Positions 21,607 through 32,209 of a DNA stretch of 64,000 bases are shown piece after piece. The stretch lies in NCBI GenBank assembly GCA_963811105.1, contig CAWEPZ010000013.1, positions 32,001 through 96,000 on the forward strand. Reading direction: 5' to 3'. The stretch is from Candidatus Bathyarchaeota archaeon (GTDB taxonomy: Archaea > Thermoproteota > Bathyarchaeia > Bathyarchaeales > Bathycorpusculaceae). Under the pieces are notes generated by a model. It was not told the origin of the DNA. It ran no database searches and worked only from the letters and a program-made list of their open reading frames with translations. The stretch's first letter is position 1. Every line of letters begins with the position of its first letter. A program made the translations under genes and the position numbers.

Positions 21607-22980
21607 TTATCCTTTCATGAGAGCGTTCATTCGAGAAGGAACTGTGACGGTACATTTTGGCTCAGATGTTATGGCGTTTACCAATTCCTCATACAATCCT
21701 ATGTCTGCAGCCATTGCATAATCTGGATGCACCAGAAACACGATTAATCCATTGAGGTCTCGGATCACATTTACCATGTTTGCCCAGGTCTTTAAGACTT
21801 CTTTGGGAGACAAGCCGAGAGCGTGCAGCAATTGGTGGTCTTGTGGCAAAGTCAGTGGAATCTCGGCTATTCCACTTAGCTTTAACGGGTACACTGTTCC
21901 GATGCCGTGTGGCTTCATCGTGTATGGATGTTTGGGTTCCCACGTGGGAACGGATGTGTCGTATGAGTATCCCGCTTCGTTTAAAGCTTGAATAATTGTC
22001 TGGTTATGCTGAAGTATGGGCGCTCTGAACCCGGATACTGGCTTCTTAGTAATTTTTTCAAGTGTTTGCCTCGAGTCTATTAGCCTATCAACGAGTTCCT
22101 TTTTTTCCATATGGATAAGTTTTCCGTCATGTTTAGTATCGTGCGAACCCAGTTCTCCGTAGTTTGCCAGCTCTCTGATTAGGTCATTGTCAAGGTTGTA
22201 ACGGTTTGATGGCACATACCAAGCTGAGATTATACCGTATTTTTCTTCTATCTTCTTGAGGAGTCTGGCTCTTTGAAGTCCCTTTGCAGTTTCAACATCA
22301 TGAGTTAAGATGCAGACGGAACGATTAACTAACGGCAGTTTCTTTCTAATTTCTGCTCCGGAGGTTTTCTCGATGGCGTTCACGAGAATAAACCGTAAAG
22401 CATCCAAGGGTAGTTTCTCGCTGAGAGAGAGATTTTTCAACCCAACGTCTGCTTTCATGAAAAAGTCGCGTAGTCTTTTAGGAGCTAAGCCATAAGGGAT
22501 AGGTAGCCCAGTGACTATTCGGTGAAGCCCTGACTGTTTCGGATGCAGTACTCCATCGATAATGGTTCGGAACTCTTCAACCAAGTCCAATTTCAGGATT
22601 AACCTGTCGTCTTTGGTACAGATGTCTGTTGGCGTCTCGTCTTCGAAACCAACATTCACTAACTCGCGAAACCAGTATTGCGTTTTAGGCGTAATCATCA
22701 AAGTTGTTTGAGAAGCTGCATTTACAGATGTAAGACATCCATTCTTTCGGACAATCTCCAAACCTGTTTCTTTAGCCCACATCACAAAGCTTTCGTGATC
22801 GGATGGAATTATAATGGAAGCTTTGGTTATTGAAGGCTTTTGTTTATAGAAGACCGTGACATCAGCTTCGTCGAGCTTGGAAAACGAAATATCCCATGGA
22901 GATAAAAGTTCAACTATAATTTCGACATCTGCTGGCGGTGCCTCAATGGCTATTTTCAATGAATCACCGGAATACTCCAA
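21607..22980 (-). CDS. Polysaccharide deacetylase (CE4/NodB) family protein with N-terminal extension
   Basis: CILTHDVE, ELGSHDTKH, GFRAP, YSYDTS, EIPLT, FLVHPD. Confidence 0.8.
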   Translation of the reverse strand: MEYSGDSLKIAIEAPPADVEIIVELLSPWDISFSKLDEADVTVFYKQKPSITKASIIIPSDHESFVMWAKETGLEIVRKNGCLTSVNAASQTTLMITPKTQYWFRELVNVGFEDETPTDICTKDDRLILKLDLVEEFRTIIDGVLHPKQSGLHRIVTGLPIPYGLAPKRLRDFFMKADVGLKNLSLSEKLPLDALRFILVNAIEKTSGAEIRKKLPLVNRSVCILTHDVETAKGLQRARLLKKIEEKYGIISAWYVPSNRYNLDNDLIRELANYGELGSHDTKHDGKLIHMEKKELVDRLIDSRQTLEKITKKPVSGFRAPILQHNQTIIQALNEAGYSYDTSVPTWEPKHPYTMKPHGIGTVYPLKLSGIAEIPLTLPQDHQLLHALGLSPKEVLKTWANMVNVIRDLNGLIVFLVHPDYAMAADIGLYEELVNAITSEPKCTVTVPSRMNALMKG

Positions 22981-23010
22981 AAGTAAGGAAATTTGATTTC
23001 TTGTTGGCTC

Positions 23011-23769
23011 TTATTTTCTGGCGCGAATTTTTAGGTATATTAAAGGAGAAACTATGGTCCACCAATCGCGTAGCGGGGAAATGTTAGAATATCCACCTTT
23101 ATGACTAAAGGGGTAAATCTTTGAAACAGGCACTTCTTTAGTTCTATAACCTAAGGTTAGAGCCTTGTAATGAATATAATATTCTAGCTCGTATCCATTG
23201 AGCCAACTTTGATCAATATTAATCTGATGATTACTAAACATATTCAGTCTATATGCTCTAAAGCCATTTGTGACGTCAGTGCATCTAGTATTTGTCATAA
23301 AAGTCCAAACAAAAGGAAAAAGCCGACTAAACATTTTCCGCAGGAACGGATTTTTCACTGTTCTGCCACCATTAAGGAACCTTGATCCCTGAACGTAATC
23401 GTAGTTATCTTTCAAAATTGGCTCTAAAAGTCGCGGGATTTCGTTTGGTTGATCCTTCCCATTTCCAGCCATGACAACGGCAACATCATATTTTCTAAGC
23501 ATTGCATATTTTATGCCTTCCCTAATAGCAACTCCGATTCCCTTTCTTTCTCGATTGCTTAAGACTTGAACTGGAACTATACTTTGATTTGCAGCATTTT
23601 CAATTAATTGCAAATCGTTTTTTGTTGCACAGTCAATAATGACACATATCTCGTTAACAGTTTTTTCTCTGAAATCGCCCAAAACTTTCAAGAGCTGCGG
23701 GGTGTTGTGGCAAGCAGGAATTATAACGATATCCTTACACGCTTGGGCATCATTTAGAGGCAATTCCAA
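23011..23769 (-). CDS. GT2, dolichol-phosphate glycosyltransferase-like
   Basis: [34 protein letters not shown]. Confidence 0.85.
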   Translation of the reverse strand: MELPLNDAQACKDIVIIPACHNTPQLLKVLGDFREKTVNEICVIIDCATKNDLQLIENAANQSIVPVQVLSNRERKGIGVAIREGIKYAMLRKYDVAVVMAGNGKDQPNEIPRLLEPILKDNYDYVQGSRFLNGGRTVKNPFLRKMFSRLFPFVWTFMTNTRCTDVTNGFRAYRLNMFSNHQINIDQSWLNGYELEYYIHYKALTLGYRTKEVPVSKIYPFSHKGGYSNISPLRDWWTIVSPLIYLKIRARK

Positions 23770-24226
23770 TTCTCCTAATTATTCGAGCCGGATTTCCAGC
23801 CACCAACGTGTTACTCGGAACGTTTTTGGTTACTACTGAACCAGCTCCAACCATCGCTCCTTCGCCGATGATGATTCCAGGCACTATGACACTGTTTGCA
23901 CCTATTGATGCACCCTTCTTTACCCTTGTTGATAGAAGTGCCCATTCTCCTTGGGATCTTGGGTACTTGTCGTTAGTGAAGCTGACATTTGGACCTATGA
24001 ACACATTGTCCTCAATGACAACTCCCGTTGGCATAAAAACAAAAGGTCTAACTTTGCAGTTGTCACCTATAACAACGCCTTCTTCTATGTAAACGTAAGA
24101 GTCAATTTTACTATTCTTCCCAACTTTACATCGAAAAAGGTTGACCTGATCGTAAACTCGTGTTCCTTCTCCGATTTCGGCATGCTTAATGACTGCGTAA
24201 CGAGGATTCTTCTGAGGAGTCAGCAT
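23750..24226 (-). CDS. Hexapeptide-repeat sugar N-acetyltransferase (WbpD/WlbB-like)
   Basis: [35 protein letters not shown]. Confidence 0.88.
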   Translation of the reverse strand: MLTPQKNPRYAVIKHAEIGEGTRVYDQVNLFRCKVGKNSKIDSYVYIEEGVVIGDNCKVRPFVFMPTGVVIEDNVFIGPNVSFTNDKYPRSQGEWALLSTRVKKGASIGANSVIVPGIIIGEGAMVGAGSVVTKNVPSNTLVAGNPARIIRRIGIASK

Positions 24227-24231
24227 AATTA

Positions 24232-25209
24232 TTATACCACTATCTCCGTTCTTCCATTTTCCATAGCCTTACGCGATAACTCCAGAAGCCTTACAACGTT
24301 GGCACCGACCAAACCATTATTCTTGTTCAAAAACGTCTCGTTTGATGTACAACCTTCCCTAATGCAGTGGACAAAGTGCGAAAGCTCCAAGTTTATCGTA
24401 TTACTTCGTTCCACAGGCATATCAAAAAATTCCCCATTTTCGTAAGCAGAGATTTTCTGTGTTCCGCAATCAATCTTCGCAAAGGCGTTCGACCCCATGA
24501 TTTGAACTTCCCTTATTTTTTCAGGATGCAGCCAACTTACCTCAATGTGCGCCAACATATTGTTTTTAAATTCGCTAGTTATGTGAGCAGTTTCTTCTTG
24601 TTGCCCTTTCCTGTGAGCTTTAGCTACGCATGTAACTCTAGTGGGCCACTCGTCCGTTAGGAAGTTTAATATATCAAATGGATGAGGGGCTAAATCAGTA
24701 ATTATGTCTCGGCCAGTCATAGGCGGCATTAATGCGGTCCAAGTAAGGTTCATCCAATAAAGATCACCAAACCAGTTGTTTTGAATAAGATTTTTGGCTT
24801 TCTCAATGGCAGCATCAAACCTAAAAATATGACCCACAGACAAAACTCGATTCTTCTCCAAAGCCAAGTCAACGAGTTTGATTGCTTCATGAGAATCAAG
24901 AGTCATCGGTTTCTCGAGAGTAACATGTTTGCCTTGATTCAATGCTTCTTTACATATATCGTAGTGGGTCACGCTAGGCGTACAAATATGTACAGCATCT
25001 ATTTCTGGGTTCAACAATATTTCGTGGGGGGATTTTGCCAAATATGAAACACCGTATTTTTCTTTGCAAAAGTTTAGATTATCCTCGAATACATCACAGA
25101 CTCCAAACAAGTTAACGCTGGGATCTGTTTTGCTCATTAAAGCGTATTCTGAGGCTATTTTTTTACCCCAATATCCAACGCCTATAACGCCAACATTCAG
25201 CTTATCCAT
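24232..25209 (-). CDS. Gfo/Idh/MocA NAD-dependent oxidoreductase (WbpB-like sugar 3-dehydrogenase)
   Basis: [32 protein letters not shown]. Confidence 0.88.
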   Translation of the reverse strand: MDKLNVGVIGVGYWGKKIASEYALMSKTDPSVNLFGVCDVFEDNLNFCKEKYGVSYLAKSPHEILLNPEIDAVHICTPSVTHYDICKEALNQGKHVTLEKPMTLDSHEAIKLVDLALEKNRVLSVGHIFRFDAAIEKAKNLIQNNWFGDLYWMNLTWTALMPPMTGRDIITDLAPHPFDILNFLTDEWPTRVTCVAKAHRKGQQEETAHITSEFKNNMLAHIEVSWLHPEKIREVQIMGSNAFAKIDCGTQKISAYENGEFFDMPVERSNTINLELSHFVHCIREGCTSNETFLNKNNGLVGANVVRLLELSRKAMENGRTEIVV

Positions 25210-25248
25210 TTTCTTTTAAAAGCCTCCTTTCTTTCTAAAATTAGTAGC

Positions 25249-26349
25249 TCAAATCTTGTTACTAAAAAAATCATGAATATTCTCTGAAACTCGATCAATC
25301 CCTTCTTTTTCCAAATCAGGATACATAGGCAAGCTTAGAACTTGCTTACACACGAGTTCACTACTCGGGAAATCTCCCTCTTTGTAACCGTAAAGTTGTC
25401 TGTAAATTGGTTGGAGATGAATGGGTATAGGATAATGAATCCCGCATTGGATGCCAGCTCGCTCGAGGTAAGCTTTCAATTCATCTCTTCGGCGGGTTTT
25501 AACCACATAGAGATGATAAACAGGTGTAATGTCGTTGTTTCCATTAGGTGGCAAACCAAGTTCTGTATCACTCAACAGTTTGTTGTACCATAGTGCTATG
25601 TTTCTCCTCTTGGCATTCCACTCATCAAGTTTCTTGAGTTGAACTCGGCCAATTGCTGCATTAACGGTATTAAGGCGCGCCGTTAAACCGATTATATCAT
25701 GCTCATAATGTGATATTCTTCCGCAATCACGCAGTTTAGCTATTTTGTTTGCGACGTCATTATCGTTTGTCACTGCCATGCCACCGTCTCCACCGACCGT
25801 CATGTTCTTAGCAGAATAGAATGAAAAACAGCCAGCCGAACCAATGCTTCCAACTTTCTTGCCGTAGTATTCGGCTCCGTGTGCTTGACAACAATCTTCA
25901 ACTAAAATATGTTTACCATCTTCAGTAAGTTCTACGAGAGAATCCAAATCAGCAGGGTATCCGTAAAGGTGGACAGGAAGAATCGCGCTAGTTTCAAGAG
26001 TGAGTTTCTGCATCGCACTAGCAGGATCTAAGTTGCAGGTTTTGGAATCTATGTCGGAGAAAACAGGAGTTGCTCCTGCGCTGTAGATACTATTTGCGGT
26101 TGCAATAAAAGAGAAAGGTGTGGTTAAGACTTTCTCTGCAGATTTAACACCGAGGGCTTGCAAGGAAAGTTGCAGTGCGAATGTTCCCGAACTAGTTGAT
26201 ACGGCTCGTTTTACGCCGCAATATTTCGCGAATTCCTCCTCAAACTTGAAGACGCTTTCACCCATTACGAATTTTTCATTTTGCAGTGCCATTACGGCTG
26301 CATTTTTCATTTCATCATCGAACGCTGGCTTTGCTAAAGGAATACTCAT
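25249..26349 (-). CDS. DegT/DnrJ/EryC1/StrS PLP aminotransferase (WbpE-like)
   Basis: SSGTFAL, PVHLYG, EDCCQAHG, FSFYSAKNM; GGAGGT RBS before the ATG at 26349. Confidence 0.92.
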   Translation of the reverse strand: MSIPLAKPAFDDEMKNAAVMALQNEKFVMGESVFKFEEEFAKYCGVKRAVSTSSGTFALQLSLQALGVKSAEKVLTTPFSFIATANSIYSAGATPVFSDIDSKTCNLDPASAMQKLTLETSAILPVHLYGYPADLDSLVELTEDGKHILVEDCCQAHGAEYYGKKVGSIGSAGCFSFYSAKNMTVGGDGGMAVTNDNDVANKIAKLRDCGRISHYEHDIIGLTARLNTVNAAIGRVQLKKLDEWNAKRRNIALWYNKLLSDTELGLPPNGNNDITPVYHLYVVKTRRRDELKAYLERAGIQCGIHYPIPIHLQPIYRQLYGYKEGDFPSSELVCKQVLSLPMYPDLEKEGIDRVSENIHDFFSNKI

Positions 26350-26641
26350 TTTTATGACCTCCATTGGCTGATTATTTTTTCTTCTAAATTAGTTCTTCTT
26401 TGCAGAAGCGGACATCGAAAGAAGTAGCTCAAAACAACAACCACTCAAAATACCTCTTTCTCAAAATAACTGATAGCAAGAAATTACTGTCTATCTATTA
26501 GTAACTTTGATATCGTTGCAATTAAAATATAATTTCGCACTAATATATGAATATGCACTAAATATGGTAATCTTTTGCTATGTATTTCTTATATTGCCAA
26601 GATAAACTTTATTTTCAATAAGTTATTATAATAATAGCCAT

Positions 26642-27349
26642 TTAATAAGTTGCTTCTGACATTATGCGCCTAAAAATTTCGATGCTATTCCTGAACCCAA
26701 GCTTCTTCTCACCTAACCGCTCACGATACTCAATAGGAACTTCGACAATACAAAACCCTTCGCGCTCTACATGATGATTGAGCTCAACTTCAACATCAAA
26801 GCCTCTGGACTTAACTTTCCAGTTCTTAAGAATGCTCGCACGCACTAATCGCAGCCCTGTCAGTGGATCGACCAATGAGACCCCGTTTAGAAAGTTGTGA
26901 GTAAAAGCTATAACTCGATTGCCCAAATAGAAAAAGCCGCTTAAACCTTTCAAGTCTAGGTAGCCGCTGAATCGGTTTCCGCAGACCATGCCCACTTCAG
27001 GATGATCTTCTAAAATCCGAATCATATCAGGTATATATTTTGCAGGATAGGTGTAGTCTGCATCTGTGATAACTACATAGTCAGTTGCCAAATCTCCGCG
27101 TTTAATTGCTGAGGCTAATGCATCACCTTTGCCTTGTCCATCTTGAAAAACGACTTGGGCGCCCAGATTCTTGGCGACCTCGACGGTTCTATCTGTGCTT
27201 CTGCCGTCAACAACCAAAATCTTTGGATTTTTCAAAGTTCTGTTTATCTCGGACACTGTGTGACCGATGCCTTCTTCCTCGTTCAAAGCAGCTATAATAA
27301 CCTGCACCGAAACTGAACTATGATCTCCTCTTTTCTCCACCATGACCAA
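26642..27349 (-). CDS. GT2 dolichol-phosphate hexosyltransferase (AglJ/DPM1-like)
   Basis: ALNEEEGI, VVDGRSTDRT, GKG, TDADYTYP, GFDVEVE, VEVPIEYRERLGEKKL. Confidence 0.88.
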   Translation of the reverse strand: MVMVEKRGDHSSVSVQVIIAALNEEEGIGHTVSEINRTLKNPKILVVDGRSTDRTVEVAKNLGAQVVFQDGQGKGDALASAIKRGDLATDYVVITDADYTYPAKYIPDMIRILEDHPEVGMVCGNRFSGYLDLKGLSGFFYLGNRVIAFTHNFLNGVSLVDPLTGLRLVRASILKNWKVKSRGFDVEVELNHHVEREGFCIVEVPIEYRERLGEKKLGFRNSIEIFRRIMSEATY

Positions 27350-28010
27350 ACTCTTTTTAGCAACACACCGAGCTAATTCAACATTATATTTAAGGCAACA
27401 TCAAAAAACTTGGAAATATATAAAACTTTCAAATATCTATGCTTCAGTCCTGAACCATTATTCCAAATCCGTAAACGCTCTAACATCTCCAGCTTATTCT
27501 GGTTTCATCATCATTTTGGCATTTATGATACGCGCGTTAACATAGAACAAAATTAGTGAATGTGGGTCTTTTAATTGCGTTGTGGTTTAATGAGACTTTT
27601 TTGCTTATTCGGTTGTAATCTATATGGATGTCTGCATACTGTAGCAGGGGCTATGTCGTTTTTACATGTATAATTAAATGCTGCTATGCTGGCGGTGCTG
27701 GAAACTATCGTTCCGAGAGTTTTTCCTCTTAGAGGATAACACTCATTTTCTGCTTTTTCATCGCTGAACAGTGTCTTGTTTTGTGCCCATCTAATTCTTT
27801 TAATGAAGGATTGAACAATACATTTAGTGACTGGCATCTTTGCGTAAACATCAACAATAACAAAGTGTTTGCTTAGAAAAGGTGCTTTGAATTCAAGAAC
27901 ACTGTCGAAACGAATGCTCTCACTTGAACTAGTAACCTGTATGCGCTCTAATATTAAAGCATCGAGAAAACCGTTCAGATAGAACATCACTTGAGATTGT
28001 CTTTTCCAAT

Positions 28011-28367
28011 TTACTTTTGATAAGCCTCATTTTTATTTCTAAAACACATGCTCTCAAGAAGCTGCCTCTCCCTTGTGTTCCTCTCAACCTCATCACTCAA
28101 ACGTTCAGATCGCTTTAAATAATTCTCGTAGAGCGAAAGGAACTCCACCCCTGTGCCAGTAGTCAAATAACCAGAATCAGAATCGTTTGCCAAAAGACCG
28201 CTTCCTATAAGAAGACTCAAGTACTTTTCCAATTGAATAAAACTCAAATTAGCTCCATACATAATTTTAGTCTTACGGACCTTAGCCAACGCGATAGAAA
28301 GCACCTCTCGCACAATATCTAGATTATGACGATTCTTATTCCTTGTTCTTGTATCTTTCAAGCACAA
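28011..28367 (-). CDS. Winged-helix regulator, HTH_45/COG3432 family, with C-terminal coiled coil
   Basis: RHNLDIVREVL...KTKIMYGANLSFIQLEKYL...YLTTGTG. Confidence 0.85.
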   Translation of the reverse strand: MCLKDTRTRNKNRHNLDIVREVLSIALAKVRKTKIMYGANLSFIQLEKYLSLLIGSGLLANDSDSGYLTTGTGVEFLSLYENYLKRSERLSDEVERNTRERQLLESMCFRNKNEAYQK

Positions 28368-28846
28368 ACACCTCAGCCTACAACTAAACTAGAAAAGAAA
28401 ACCGGAAAGACAAGCAATCTAATTTTTTCCAAAATTACAACGGTTATTTTCTACTTCGACGGAGTAACAATTCTCAATATCCTGAATATCGTAAGTCGAA
28501 AAATCGCCTTAAAATTTAACGCTTTAAATCGTTTTCGGTCAGCCTTACCCTTGTAACCGCTATATAGTCCCCCCGTGACCGGAGTAGATATATTCGAAGA
28601 TTTTCTCTGGTAATCAAGAACACCACACTCAACTGTTATAAAGTATGAAGGGCAACAAGTATAGCACTAAAGACATAGTCCAAAAGGCATACTCCTCAGG
28701 TACAGTCAACACAAAAAAACTAGTTGTTCACTTTTCTCTTCTATTAAAACCGGGTCAAAAAAACAGAAAATAAGATCGGGCTACCCCTATTCATACGTCC
28801 TGCTAGATTTAAATTTACTTTCACTGATATTGAGCATCGAGAACTC

Positions 28847-29095
28847 TTGACGATTGAAAAACTCTTCTCCATCCTCAAAGACGGAGAATGGCACAACTTA
28901 ACGCACTTATCTAGCCAAATTAGGGTGCAAACAGACAAACTGAATGAATTCTCACAGTTTCTATCCCAGCAGGGCATCATCGTTTACGAAGCTAAGACTC
29001 ACAGAATCAAAATCAAATCCGAATGGCAAGACATTGTTCCCGCAGAACCTGAGCCCACACTCACACAACAATCATCCCGCCGGAAAAAACTATGA
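28847..29095 (+). CDS. Small winged-helix-like protein
   Basis: LFSILKDGEWHNLTHLS...FLSQQGIIVY helix-turn-helix-wing pattern. Confidence 0.6.
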   Translation: MTIEKLFSILKDGEWHNLTHLSSQIRVQTDKLNEFSQFLSQQGIIVYEAKTHRIKIKSEWQDIVPAEPEPTLTQQSSRRKKL

Positions 29096-29147
29096 AAGCT
29101 CAATCCAATATGATCAGCAACAAAATCTGAGAAACAGCCAAAACCGC

Positions 29148-29411
29148 TTAGAACTCGTCAGAAAAGCCAAGTTCATTCGCTTTATTAAGCACAGCCAACA
29201 AAGTCTTGCCTCGCTGAGAAATGCTGTAGCACATATTTCCCTCAGGATCCCTGGTAGCCTCAATAAAACCTTTCTTCAGGAAATCACCAAAGTACTTGTT
29301 AAAACGCACATAATTCAAATTTGCCTTGTACATTATTCGCATTTTTTTCCGAGGGGTCAAGGTCGCTTCTAAGATATCTCTAGTTATGGCTTCCCGACCA
29401 CGCTTATGCAT
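29148..29411 (-). CDS. Winged-helix regulator, HTH_45/COG3432 family
   Basis: KRGREAITRDIL...KKMRIMYKANLNYVRFNKYF...YSISQRGK; start placed at MHKRG. Confidence 0.82.
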   Translation of the reverse strand: MHKRGREAITRDILEATLTPRKKMRIMYKANLNYVRFNKYFGDFLKKGFIEATRDPEGNMCYSISQRGKTLLAVLNKANELGFSDEF

Positions 29412-29833
29412 AAGATTTTTCTCCTTAGACAAGCACAACGCAAAAAAAAACATATAAGCCATATTTCCAAAACTGTAACATATCACTTAAAAAAAATTTC
29501 AAAAGTTTGCCCATTGAATTTTCGATTTAAGTGGCCACAAATTTCTGTTATTATTGAATTAAATACATTTGATTAGTTCTTTTAGATTTCTTGCCTTCAA
29601 TTGCCTCAACCGACAAACAATTCACACGTTGATCCAAAAAAAAGCACCCTAAAAAAATTGAAAAAAACCCCGCCGAAAATCGTCAATAAAGCCAAAGCAA
29701 CAAAATTAAGTCAATGCATAACAAGAGCTAGCTTTCTTCCCTCAAAAACTAATTAGGCATCCCCCTGTTTGTTTGAGCCCTTGGTTTTGCAACGTTTAAA
29801 TTCTACTCTTTCCTTAAATTGTGAGGGATTATT

Positions 29834-31015
29834 ATGGCAAGCTCAATATCTGCTAAAGATGTTTTTACAAATGGATTTAATTCTGTTCAGGCAAATGATA
29901 CCCTTTCCAGATGTTTAGAAACATTTGAAAAAGGGATGCCGCCAGTTTTAGCCGTCCTAAATGAAAAAGGCAAATACGAAGGCATGATTAGTAAGCGCTC
30001 GATTTTAAGGTCAAGACTTGATCCAACCACAACCAAAGTGAAGACCTTAATGAAAACGGCTCCGCCAGTAACTCTTGATTATTCTCTCGGTAAAATGGCA
30101 AAGTTAATGATTGAAAGCGAGATAAGGCAGCTGCCAGTTTTTGAAAAAAACAAGATTGTTGGGTTTGTCACAGACGAAAATATTATTCATGCCGCTACGG
30201 CCCAAGAATGGGGAAACACTCCTATAGAAAAGATCATGACACGAGCGCCTCATACTCTTGAAGCGAATCGTTCAGTGGGAGCGGTTCTTAGTTTAATGAG
30301 AGAGTTTGGTATTTCTCATGTTCCAATTATTGATAGCGGAAAACTTGTAGGCATAGTTAGCATCCGAGATATTTTAGAAAACATCTATTGGCCACAGAGA
30401 CGCCAGACAACTGGAGACATAGTTGGAGAAAAAATAGAAACCTTAAGCATTCCAGTTAAAGGCATCATGGCGAGACCCATAATTTCAGTGGAACCGCAAA
30501 CAAATCTGCGTATCGCAGAGAAGCTTATGCATGACCGCGATGTTTCCTGTTTAACTATTATTTCAAACGAACGGCTAGTAGGCATTGCCACTAAGCTTGA
30601 TTTTCTTGAACCGATTTCACAGTTAGAAGTTGTTGAGCGCAAACTTTCAGTGCAGTTCGGAGTTAAAGGCGTGGATGTAAGCCCTGAACAACAAGGATTC
30701 ATGATGGAAGAGTTCGATTCCTTCACTCACAAATACCAAGAAGCTTTCCAGTTAGGAACACTCTTTGTTTATATGAAAAGCCACCGCAACACTAGCCTAA
30801 GGGGAACACCGCTGGTACATTGCCGCCTGCAATTTAGGACTGTTAGGGGAACTTTCTTTAGCGCCAGTGAAGGCTGGGGCGTTGAACCAACCTTTAGAGT
30901 GGCATTGGATAGGCTTGAGCGAAGACTGCTAAGAAGCAAAGAGATGCTCGCATATAATCCTAAATACGCGAAAGACTACTTGCGAAAGATTGGGCTACCT
31001 CAAGAAGAAATATAG
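29834..31015 (+). CDS. 4xCBS-domain protein with C-terminal HPF/RaiA-like domain (archaeal ribosome hibernation factor, Hib/AHA-type)
   Basis: Four CBS repeats (IRQLPV, ISHVPIID.GKLVGIVS, LVGIATKLD); C-terminal beta-alpha-beta3-alpha region ending FRVALDRLERRL. Confidence 0.78.
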   Translation: MASSISAKDVFTNGFNSVQANDTLSRCLETFEKGMPPVLAVLNEKGKYEGMISKRSILRSRLDPTTTKVKTLMKTAPPVTLDYSLGKMAKLMIESEIRQLPVFEKNKIVGFVTDENIIHAATAQEWGNTPIEKIMTRAPHTLEANRSVGAVLSLMREFGISHVPIIDSGKLVGIVSIRDILENIYWPQRRQTTGDIVGEKIETLSIPVKGIMARPIISVEPQTNLRIAEKLMHDRDVSCLTIISNERLVGIATKLDFLEPISQLEVVERKLSVQFGVKGVDVSPEQQGFMMEEFDSFTHKYQEAFQLGTLFVYMKSHRNTSLRGTPLVHCRLQFRTVRGTFFSASEGWGVEPTFRVALDRLERRLLRSKEMLAYNPKYAKDYLRKIGLPQEEI

Positions 31016-31313
31016 ATCTGCTTTTTTGACGTTGCTTTCAAGTCAATAAGCTGATCCCAAACTTCCCATCAATTCTACAACATTTACGCAAGTTAAATTG
31101 ACACTCTCTCCTTTCTTGCTAAGGATTAAAAAAACATCAACTCATTCGAAGAAAAAAAGACGTCAGTCTTTGTATATTTCAAACCGGTGTGTTGCCGAAT
31201 ATTACAGTTCCATGCTTGTACTTGGATTTGCTCATGCACTCCTTAGTCTTGACGGATTTTTTTGGTGTGTTTTAAGAAGCCTTTTTAAAACCTGAGCAAT
31301 CAGTTTAGAGACT

Positions 31314-31847
31314 ATGTGTTTGAGAGCCATTGCCAACATGCTAAAAGGCAGACGTTTTTGGATTTGGCAACTAGGCGGAGCAGTGATTTATGCTGTGCCT
31401 GCAGCAATAAGGCTTGCAACTGGCAGTGTTTTCTTACCCGTGTTGAGCCTGGTTGAGACTCCGTGGATCGGCCACTATATTCCCGGCAACTTGGTGGAGA
31501 AGATTCTGGTTAACGCTTTCTTCCCTGGAGCCGCAGGAGCCGTTGCGGCAGAAATCTTTTATACAAATGCGCACAGCCAAACCTTCAGTCGAAGAAACAA
31601 ATACTTGGTCAGACTTAGCGGAGCAATGCTACAGACATCTGCCTGGTCGCTGTTTCAGTTTTGGGGAAACATGCAAAACATTGCAGGTTCATGGGGCGGC
31701 AACCTCTTTGAATACCCCATGGTCTATCCCTTGAATTTCCTGCTAGCTTCACTGTCAATCTTTACCCCTGATATACTGGGCTTCGCCAAAACCAAAATGA
31801 GTAACTTATCTCGAAGACTAAAGCATCAGGAAAAATCTGAAAAGTAA
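31314..31847 (+). CDS. Hypothetical integral membrane protein
   Basis: 177-aa ORF with about 4 hydrophobic segments. Confidence 0.65.
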   Translation: MCLRAIANMLKGRRFWIWQLGGAVIYAVPAAIRLATGSVFLPVLSLVETPWIGHYIPGNLVEKILVNAFFPGAAGAVAAEIFYTNAHSQTFSRRNKYLVRLSGAMLQTSAWSLFQFWGNMQNIAGSWGGNLFEYPMVYPLNFLLASLSIFTPDILGFAKTKMSNLSRRLKHQEKSEK

Positions 31848-31909
31848 CAATGCCTTTACCCAGAAAAAAAATGAATCCGCATTTTAGGTTAAGCTAGCTT
31901 TTGGGTTTT

Positions 31910-32209
31910 CTATTTGGTTCTTATTTTGTAGTCTGCTTCGAAAGTTCTTGGGTTAATCTGCCTCGTTTTCCCAACTTTCAACTCAGCCTTGCCAGTTAAG
32001 GCTTTGAATTGATTCGCGAGACCTTCAACGTAGTCGAGCACGCCGCAGCCATAGCAGAAACCGCCAGAAAACGAAACCGTAATCATCGCTGACGACGCAA
32101 ATACAAGTGTGGCCGTTACTTCGGGGCCCCTAATCCTGTTATAGAGCTGGATTGCTTTTCGGGCAAACTCTTGCAGTTCTGTCTCAGACAAAGACATTTC
32201 AAACGCCAC
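31910..32209 (-). CDS. Small CxxC protein, NifU-C-like
   Basis: ITVSFSGGFCYGCG; directly abuts the pyrK stop codon. Confidence 0.55.
   Translation of the reverse strand: MAFEMSLSETELQEFARKAIQLYNRIRGPEVTATLVFASSAMITVSFSGGFCYGCGVLDYVEGLANQFKALTGKAELKVGKTRQINPRTFEADYKIRTK

Noticed and set aside
27342-27990. ORFs 27342..27545 and 27571..27990
   Set aside because: No motifs or RBS; not supportable as genes
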